This document shows, one piece after another, positions 57,551 through 64,000 of a stretch of 64,000 bases of DNA (the stretch's first letter is position 1; each line of letters starts with the position of its first letter). A model generated the notes under the pieces. That model had not been told where the DNA came from and searched no databases. It saw only the letters and a program-made list of their open reading frames with translations. The stretch spans positions 32,001-96,000 of the forward strand of contig CAZALK010000008.1 of NCBI GenBank assembly GCA_964486045.1. Reading direction: 5' to 3'. This DNA is from an uncultured archaeon. GTDB lineage: Archaea > Asgardarchaeota > Lokiarchaeia > Sigyniarchaeales > SOKP01. The position numbers and the translations under genes are program-made.

Positions 57551-58840
57551 TTGTTAATGTCAAAGATTTCACCTAAAAAAATTGTTGATGGAGTTCAGCA
57601 TAAAATAAGACAGATTAAAGTTGAAGTATCAAAAGTTGCAGAGTATTTTAAGCCAAAGTTTGGGAGATTACGAGTTAAACTTCAATTAAGGAGTGCTAAT
57701 AGAAAATTTCGGAGCCGTAAATTTCTTTCAGCGTATCATATATTGATTATCGCATCATCAAATGCTAAAATCTTTAAGATGCGAAAGCAGTTCATGGAAA
57801 TTATCCAAGAAAGAATCAAGCAAACACTTAATCAAATTGATAGAAAGATACAAAAAGACACAACTGTGCTGAGAAGAAATCTGAGTGAGCAATTAGAAAA
57901 AAGACAATTTTCAGTTGTAATAGATAAATGCACTTCATTTTTTACTTCATTACAGAATTATCCTCAAACTGATATAACTGAAAAATGCAAGGCTTTAATT
58001 CGTAAAGAATTTGATATCGCAACTAAATTGTTCTGGGAGGGTGTCTATAAAGAAGACTTTGCTAAAATCGTAAATTTGAAGAAACGCCGCAATTTTGGTT
58101 TAGCAATTAATATAGGGAGAGAATTTCTTAAGAAAACTCAGAATGTATCATTAGTACCAGGAATTAAGATATATAGAGACAGAATTTTTGATTTGATTCA
58201 AGACCCAATTGCTCAAAAATGGTTAGGAAAATACAAAACTATAAAGAATTATACCACGAAAATAAGAACTCATAGGCAATTTGAACAAGCGGTAATGCAA
58301 TCAGAAAAGTTTCTAAAATATAGTCTAAAAGACCAAGACGTTGTCGCGGTTCACCAGCTGAGACTTAAAACTACTAAAAAGGTTGAAAGGCTTCAAACAG
58401 ATTTAATCTTTTTTGGAAGGAAAGATAATTATGATAATTTTGTAACTAGGGCAATGATTAATTATGAACTCGGATGTTATGAGAGAGCAATTAAATATAT
58501 AGATAAAGCAATAAAATTACTGAAATTATATCAATTAGAAGAACAAGAAGTTCTCATTAAAAATACCAAAATATTTGTTAAGAATGTGCAATTTAAGTTC
58601 TTATGCCAGGATAAAATAAGAGAAAGGGAAATACGGGTTATGATTGATACTGCCCGTAAGTTATACTATGATGAAAAAGAAAGTAAAGCTATAAGCGTAT
58701 TATTAGAAGCTCAGGGGCAGTTTAATATGTTTTCCACATTATATAAAGATTTAGAGAATAAAGCTTATAAAAAGCTATTTCGGGAGATCCGAAATGGTAT
58801 TAACAAAGAACGAATAAAAGTGAGTGAGATTTCATTATAA
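57551..58840 (+). CDS. Basic alpha-helical repeat (TPR-like) hypothetical protein
   Basis: Recurring helix pairs (RQFSVVIDKC, RNFGLAINIG, RQFEQAVMQS, YERAIKYIDKA). Confidence 0.65.
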   Translation: MLMSKISPKKIVDGVQHKIRQIKVEVSKVAEYFKPKFGRLRVKLQLRSANRKFRSRKFLSAYHILIIASSNAKIFKMRKQFMEIIQERIKQTLNQIDRKIQKDTTVLRRNLSEQLEKRQFSVVIDKCTSFFTSLQNYPQTDITEKCKALIRKEFDIATKLFWEGVYKEDFAKIVNLKKRRNFGLAINIGREFLKKTQNVSLVPGIKIYRDRIFDLIQDPIAQKWLGKYKTIKNYTTKIRTHRQFEQAVMQSEKFLKYSLKDQDVVAVHQLRLKTTKKVERLQTDLIFFGRKDNYDNFVTRAMINYELGCYERAIKYIDKAIKLLKLYQLEEQEVLIKNTKIFVKNVQFKFLCQDKIREREIRVMIDTARKLYYDEKESKAISVLLEAQGQFNMFSTLYKDLENKAYKKLFREIRNGINKERIKVSEISL

Positions 58841-58854
58841 AAAGGTGAACATCC

Positions 58855-59082
58855 ATGCCAAAAAAGAGAATAGGTGAAGATAAGTTAATACAAGTGTATG
58901 TGTGTGTAAAGTGTACGCTTGGAATGATAGTAATCGAAGATAAACAAGGTGAGGTGCAGAATTTAACATATATTTCCAGATTCTTAAAGAAGCATCCTAA
59001 CCCTGAACTCATGACATTAAAGAAATTTAAGGAAGTAAGCAGGAAGAAACTACTTCAAATAAAAACAGCATTTAATAGGTAA
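58855..59082 (+). CDS. Small hypothetical protein
   Basis: 75 aa, ATG preceded by AGGTGA; CxxC and a later His. Confidence 0.65.
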   Translation: MPKKRIGEDKLIQVYVCVKCTLGMIVIEDKQGEVQNLTYISRFLKKHPNPELMTLKKFKEVSRKKLLQIKTAFNR

Positions 59083-59143
59083 ATTTTTTTACTTTACTTA
59101 TCCTAATCATAAGGATTAAGAGGAAAAAAAGAGTGAGAATACG

Positions 59144-60004
59144 TTGAGAAGAAGACGATTTAGTTTAAAAAAGGAAAGATCACTACCCAAAGATTCCATA
59201 TTAATCCCTAAAATCACCAAAGAACAAGTGTTCAATTATATTCAACAACATCTTGGAGGTAGAAATTCCAAAATTCCTCTAAAAAGGATTGAAGTTTCTT
59301 TACCGGAAGCAGTTCAATTCTTTAACCACAATGGGTATCAATCGGGAGCTATGAAGGCATATTCAGAATTACTTAGGGGCTTGATTTCAGAATTAGAAAA
59401 AGAAGAGAAGATAATTATTACTTATCGTTCTATTCAAGAAGGAAGAAGATTAATACGGTTCCCAATGATCGAACCGTTTGATCCTGCAAAAGTCAGAAGA
59501 AGAGTTCCACGCCAGACAATTAAAGGCAGATTTAGGGGTATTCATCTTTTTCAAAGTCGCCCTCTGCGAAAATATTGGGGACTAATTCTCCTATTCCTAT
59601 GTATTCCGTTATTAATTATGGTAGTCCCCCTTTTTCTCCCGAAACCTGTCGTGGTTGAGAATAATGACCTAGTTAAGATTAAATATTCAGTATGGGTTTC
59701 TGACAAATACAAAAATTATGATAAGGAAAATCCTTATTTTGATGGTCAAGTTTGGGTAACTGTCATTTCAGTCGTCGATGCTTTTCCTAATGGGTTAATG
59801 TTAGGTTTGTATAATAATTTACTCGGAAAAGTGAAAGGCTTTGAAAGTGAATTGATATGGTTAAATAAATGTGTTGATGAAAATGTCGATGGTGTTGATG
59901 ATATTACCGGAGAACCAGCACTAACTTATGGGAAAAGTAATGATCTCTACTTTGGATTTTATTTAATGATAAAGTTCAAGGTTTTGGATATTGAGAAACC
60001 TTAA
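59144..60004 (+). CDS. Single-pass membrane protein: basic winged-helix-like N-domain, TM, degenerate FKBP-like C-domain
   Basis: TM WGLILLFLCIPLLIMVVPLFL; VENNDLVKIKY...GLMLGLYNNLLG...LMIKFKVLDI resembles FKBP topology; DENVDGVDD loop. Confidence 0.55.
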   Translation: MRRRRFSLKKERSLPKDSILIPKITKEQVFNYIQQHLGGRNSKIPLKRIEVSLPEAVQFFNHNGYQSGAMKAYSELLRGLISELEKEEKIIITYRSIQEGRRLIRFPMIEPFDPAKVRRRVPRQTIKGRFRGIHLFQSRPLRKYWGLILLFLCIPLLIMVVPLFLPKPVVVENNDLVKIKYSVWVSDKYKNYDKENPYFDGQVWVTVISVVDAFPNGLMLGLYNNLLGKVKGFESELIWLNKCVDENVDGVDDITGEPALTYGKSNDLYFGFYLMIKFKVLDIEKP

Positions 60005-60084
60005 AATCTTGAGAGACCATGAAAAATGGCAATGAATAGTTAAACTTCTTAATTATAAGTGGAAATGATATTAAAAAAGGTGTT

Positions 60085-61584
60085 ATGAGTAGATTGATAT
60101 GTTGTGAATGCGGTTCAGAGGATATTAAAGCTGTGCTAACTCAACCAGCAACCTTTAAATGTAAATGCTGCGGTCAGGTTTGGATCGACTCTAAATTATT
60201 AAAAGAACTTCCTGATTCTTTGAAGCAGTTTGTATTTCATATTAATGAGCACATTACGGTAAGGTTAGAAGATGAACATACGAGAATTTATGTAAATTAT
60301 AAACTATTTACTCAATGCGCAATTTTATTAGTAGAGATTTCCTTTTCCGATGCACCCAAGTATGATAAAATACAATCAATTGATGAAATTGCTTTCAATT
60401 TAGGGTGGCCACATCAACAAGATGAGGTTAGTTATAGAATACCTCCTGAAGTTGAATTTATGGGTCATTGTTCTAACCTACAAGCGTGGGCGGATAATAA
60501 TTATGATACAAGACTCCTTCATTCCAATATTTCGTTTCCTCTGTTAAAAAAATTAGTAGAAGCGGGAGATACAATGGCTAAAAGAAGATTCAAAGAGGAG
60601 ATCGGTTTGAGGTTTGAGAGCGGATACCCCCCTACTCTCCTGTTTTTATTGGAAGAAAAGTATATAGGATATCTGACTCTTGAAGAACGTTCAGTACTTT
60701 TAAAAAATATTAATTTTACATCTTTGATGAAACATCAACCGGCTATCCTTTTTCCCTTATTAATCGAATTATCCTTGTTGGGAGTTAGAAAAGCAAAAAT
60801 TCTTTATAAAAATGAGCTCTATAATATTTCTAACATATACAAGCTTTCATACATGTATGGGGAGATCGAAAGAAGTTTTAAAATCTTGGATAATCAGGAA
60901 TTTCTACATTTTTTTCTCTATGGGATCAAAGCATTTTTCACAGCAGGGAGAAAGAAAACATATTTTAAGATATTAAAACTCTTTATTTCTGAAGCTTGCT
61001 CTCGTAGAATTCTCGATGATGAGAATAGTAGCAGTTATCTCATTATTCACTCAATTTCCTCTCAAATAACCCAAGAAAATGCTAAAGATTGGCCTGATAT
61101 TTTCTGTCAAATTATAGATCGTAAACGAAATACTTCTCTCGATTCCTTAATAATTGCAGAACTGGTGGGTAAGTTTGCGCTTCTTGATAAATATAAAAGG
61201 ATAAGTGTTATCACCGGTATTTTTATCAATATTTGTCAGTCAGATGTTATTCAAAAGCAACGAAGTGATCTTGTTAGGATAATAAATATTGCTTTAGGGG
61301 GGTTAGAGGAGATTGATGATATTTCTGAGGTGGGAGGGGGTCTTCATATGATGCTTACAGCCCTTCATAGAACCCTCTTTCTGAAAGAATATATCGACAT
61401 GATACGTAAAAAACTCGTCTATTTTCTTAATAATTTAGATCCTAATTCAGTGCTTGCCACATCGGATTTTATAGGTGATATAGCCACTAGAATTCAGACC
61501 ATTAAATGTAGAAGTTCTCGTGGAAAGCTGTCTTCCTTGTTAAAAAACCATCCCGTAATTAAAAAATTGGAGAAAACTATTTAA
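60085..61584 (+). CDS. Zinc-ribbon + GHCSN-domain + helical-repeat protein
   Basis: CCECG...CKCCG; EVEFMGHCSNLQAWADNNYDTRL. Confidence 0.85.
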   Translation: MSRLICCECGSEDIKAVLTQPATFKCKCCGQVWIDSKLLKELPDSLKQFVFHINEHITVRLEDEHTRIYVNYKLFTQCAILLVEISFSDAPKYDKIQSIDEIAFNLGWPHQQDEVSYRIPPEVEFMGHCSNLQAWADNNYDTRLLHSNISFPLLKKLVEAGDTMAKRRFKEEIGLRFESGYPPTLLFLLEEKYIGYLTLEERSVLLKNINFTSLMKHQPAILFPLLIELSLLGVRKAKILYKNELYNISNIYKLSYMYGEIERSFKILDNQEFLHFFLYGIKAFFTAGRKKTYFKILKLFISEACSRRILDDENSSSYLIIHSISSQITQENAKDWPDIFCQIIDRKRNTSLDSLIIAELVGKFALLDKYKRISVITGIFINICQSDVIQKQRSDLVRIINIALGGLEEIDDISEVGGGLHMMLTALHRTLFLKEYIDMIRKKLVYFLNNLDPNSVLATSDFIGDIATRIQTIKCRSSRGKLSSLLKNHPVIKKLEKTI

Positions 61585-61666
61585 AATTGTCATATAGTTT
61601 TAGTCCCTCATTCTTGCCTTAGCTATGGTTTACACCTCTCTTTTTGGTGTATCTTTTCTCATTATA

Positions 61667-61915
61667 CTAATTTCTAAAATTTATATCTTGAAACCACCGT
61701 GAAATTTTTTCTTTTAATTCAATTACTTCGCCTAAAGTTGTGAGTTTCGTGTTATTTTGATAGTTTACCAAATCATTTTTTGTAGTTTCAGGTACCATTA
61801 TGTTTTCTAGTAAATTATTAAGTAACATTTTAATTAACAGATAATTGACTGTAAGTTCTTTAAGTGGGGTATTGGTTACAATATAAAGTTGGTGTTGTCC
61901 TAAGATCATACCCAA
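61667..61915 (-). CDS. Small hypothetical protein
   Basis: 82-aa ORF co-oriented with neighbours; start uncertain. Confidence 0.35.
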   Translation of the reverse strand: MGMILGQHQLYIVTNTPLKELTVNYLLIKMLLNNLLENIMVPETTKNDLVNYQNNTKLTTLGEVIELKEKISRWFQDINFRN

Positions 61916-61933
61916 TTTAACGATTTCTCGGTT

Positions 61934-62221
61934 TTATTCATTTGTCAAAGCATCATGAACTAATTCACTGCAAGCATCTCTCATTACATTAAATTTATCA
62001 TAGTTTTGCTTTATAAAAGTAGCAGGATCGTTGTTTGCTAATAATTCTTCAAAAATATCTAATGAATTATATATTCCCATGAGACCTAACGCTTTTAAAT
62101 ATTCCTTGATTACTTCCAGTCTGAGTTGAAAGGTTAGAGCACCACCAGACGCGCATTCTGAACTACTAGACGGAAGAAGCTCTAAACTATAACCCAATTC
62201 CAAAATTTGTAATTCGGACAT
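61934..62221 (-). CDS. Small hypothetical protein
   Basis: 95-aa ORF, ATG start. Confidence 0.55.
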   Translation of the reverse strand: MSELQILELGYSLELLPSSSSECASGGALTFQLRLEVIKEYLKALGLMGIYNSLDIFEELLANNDPATFIKQNYDKFNVMRDACSELVHDALTNE

Positions 62222-62314
62222 TTTTATTATTATCCCTTTTGATTTATCGTGTACTTGCTTTTTTCCATTCTTTATCTTGTGTAACTTTTTAGTTATTTAA
62301 AGAAATATTACTTA

Positions 62315-62797
62315 TCAAAGTGAGTTTTCCAGCAATTTTCTAAGGACTGCTTGCTGTCCTTTTAATGTTTCATTATTTACCATTCCCTTACATTCTTCTG
62401 AAAATTCCATAATAAAATCAATTATCTTTTCTTCTTTATCCTGAATAAGTGGCTTCTCAATTTTTCTTATTTTCGCTTTCAAAATCTTTTCAATCTCAGG
62501 GCTCAAAACTTCAATATTATATTGTATTAGCTTGTCCCGAAGCTCCTTCCCTTCAACGGTCAACTTATATTCTCTCCGGTCATCACCCCCAAACTCACCC
62601 CCTTTTTTTAAAATTTCAATAAAACCAAAACTGGCAAGAGCATTTATTTTTGAATAAAGGGTATCTTGAGACAAATCAGGGAATAAATTCCTTATTTTTC
62701 GAGAAGTAGTAAATCTTTCAATATCTAGCCGTTTTAATATTACGATACTTCTAAGCGCATTCCACATTCGAGTACTACTCATTAACAATAAAACCAA
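62315..62797 (-). CDS. Winged helix-turn-helix DNA-binding protein
   Basis: LSQDTLYSKINALASFGFI...RREYKLTVEGKEL; start probably MSSTRMW. Confidence 0.8.
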   Translation of the reverse strand: MVLLLMSSTRMWNALRSIVILKRLDIERFTTSRKIRNLFPDLSQDTLYSKINALASFGFIEILKKGGEFGGDDRREYKLTVEGKELRDKLIQYNIEVLSPEIEKILKAKIRKIEKPLIQDKEEKIIDFIMEFSEECKGMVNNETLKGQQAVLRKLLENSL

Positions 62798-62824
62798 ATA
62801 AAATAGATTTGACTATAATATGTA

Positions 62825-62912
62825 TAGTTTTTGAAATATTTAAAACTAGTTTTTGATTTTTCCAATACTAGTTTTTGAGTTATTTAAGACTAGTCTTTGA
62901 AATACTAAAAAC
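62825..62912 (+). repeat. Four iteron-like direct repeats with 22-bp period
   Basis: TAGT(T/C)TTTGA at 62825, 62847, 62869, 62891; each unit ends in AC. Confidence 0.85.
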
Positions 62913-63023
62913 TTTAAATACTTAAGTATCTATTTATCTTCTTAATATATTTAAATTTTAGAAAAGACAATTATTTGAAACGAGGGTTTAAAAATTAGTA
63001 ACTTAGAGAATTACAAGGAGATT

Positions 63024-63368
63024 TTGAAATTTCTTGAAGGACATCCAATCTTAGAAGGATTGTTTGATAGGTTAAGAAACTCTTTAGAAGACCTATCTGA
63101 AAATAAGTTTGAGGCGCAGTGTGATAAGTATCTAGATTGTTTGGAGTTTTTAAGTGAAATTGTTACGTCTTACGGAGAGATTTTGGAATTTCTTGAAGAA
63201 GAACCGATTCTAAAGGTGGAGTTTGATAGTTTAAGACATTCTTTGGAGTCTCCCCCAGATAATTGTTCAGAACAAAATTTTGAAAGACATTATGAAGATT
63301 ATCAAGAATTGCTGAGCTTTTTACATGAGATAGTAGCGCTTCCGAAAAATAAGAAGTTTTTTGTTTAA
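63024..63368 (+). CDS. Acidic hypothetical protein made of two internal repeats
   Basis: FLEGHPIL..FDRLRNSLE...FLSEIV and FLEEEPIL..FDSLRHSLE...FLHEIV; AGGAG before the TTG. Confidence 0.7.
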   Translation: MKFLEGHPILEGLFDRLRNSLEDLSENKFEAQCDKYLDCLEFLSEIVTSYGEILEFLEEEPILKVEFDSLRHSLESPPDNCSEQNFERHYEDYQELLSFLHEIVALPKNKKFFV

Positions 63369-63471
63369 AAGTTCAAGAGTATTATAATATTAAATTATGA
63401 AAGAAAGATAAGGTGAAAATAGCTTTAGATCTTAACGCAGAATTAATAAACTCCATATCTATTATGTAATT

Positions 63472-64000
63472 ATGGTAGATGTAACTCAAAAATTAGAGAA
63501 TCATAGTATAAGATCCCTAAAAGAGGATGTTACTCACTTACTTGAGAATTATAAAGAAAAGGATAATATTGAGCTCCTTTCAGAGAAATTGATAGACCGA
63601 TTTAAATCTTGGTTAGTTTCATATGACGATTGGAATCCTGGAGATCTTATTCGTGAAGATGTTATAGAACACTTAAAAATCATAATTGACAATTATGAAG
63701 ACATTTGCAATGACGGACGCATAATAGATTTTGTTCTAAAAACGTATAAGTTTGAACGAGACGGTACAAGCATCGATTTTAGTAAGGAAGACATGAAAAG
63801 GATAACAGACTTGAAGGGAGAATTGGAAGAGATATTTTTTGTAGACCATGTATTTTCTAAATCTTGTAACTCTTTATTTATTTCACGGTTTAAAAATTGG
63901 TGTAAAGATCCTTATGCATTATGCAAAGATCATAATGGAAACTACGATAAATTCGGTGACCAAGCAGGAATAATGTTCGATTATCTAACCAAAGAAATTG
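63472..64000 (+). CDS. Hypothetical protein, runs off the window end
   Basis: ATG at 63472 (MVDVTQKLENHS...) with no stop to 64000. Confidence 0.7.
   Translation, partial: MVDVTQKLENHSIRSLKEDVTHLLENYKEKDNIELLSEKLIDRFKSWLVSYDDWNPGDLIREDVIEHLKIIIDNYEDICNDGRIIDFVLKTYKFERDGTSIDFSKEDMKRITDLKGELEEIFFVDHVFSKSCNSLFISRFKNWCKDPYALCKDHNGNYDKFGDQAGIMFDYLTKEI

Noticed and set aside
3718-59012. Short ORFs antisense to or nested in longer genes (e.g. 3718-3936, 6654-6932, 11818-12551, 15629-16474, 22344-22595, 31795-32109, 45227-45604, 51322-51624, 58800-59012)
   Set aside because: Shadow frames of well-supported genes, with no motifs or RBS
62825-62912. Possible CRISPR array
   Set aside because: Conserved part is only ~12 bp with ~10-bp variable parts, far too short; no cas genes in the window

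Overview
AT-rich archaeal chromosomal segment. Gene content points to an Asgard archaeon of the Lokiarchaeia type (inference from a longin-like protein, Loki-CTERM tails, a PolB1-type polymerase, a BHB-intron tRNA, GGTGA ribosome-binding sites and an expanded GHCSNLQAW-domain family). 1-21.6 kb is mostly housekeeping and metabolism: NadM, PncB, an Mre11-like phosphoesterase, the tetraether synthase Tes, PepF, an esterase and a polyprenol kinase. The most striking element is a ~6 kb island between the intact polB (28608-31544) and a diverged, frameshifted second copy of the polB 3' end (22149-22588). It has no integrase. It carries a stand-alone, apparently splicing-dead intein with intact-looking LAGLIDADG motifs, and a four-gene cassette: PD-(D/E)XK nuclease-like protein, TGT-like CxCxxC...HN protein, Panacea/SocA-like antitoxin and PIN nuclease. 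This is a candidate undescribed defence or addiction system spread by homing into polB. Other notable items: a 7 kb island bounded by 40-bp direct repeats (GT4 fusion, GH130-wHTH fusion) next to a tRNA-Thr(UGU) with two non-canonical introns; a PhoU/PiT/DUF47 phosphate locus; a 5'-truncated 1939-aa higher-GC giant protein; four GHCSN-domain proteins with swapped LRR/TPR/Zn modules; four iteron-like repeats with an exact 22-bp period; and three genes that appear to start at ATA/ATT. All family calls are from motif recognition by eye; no database searches were run.
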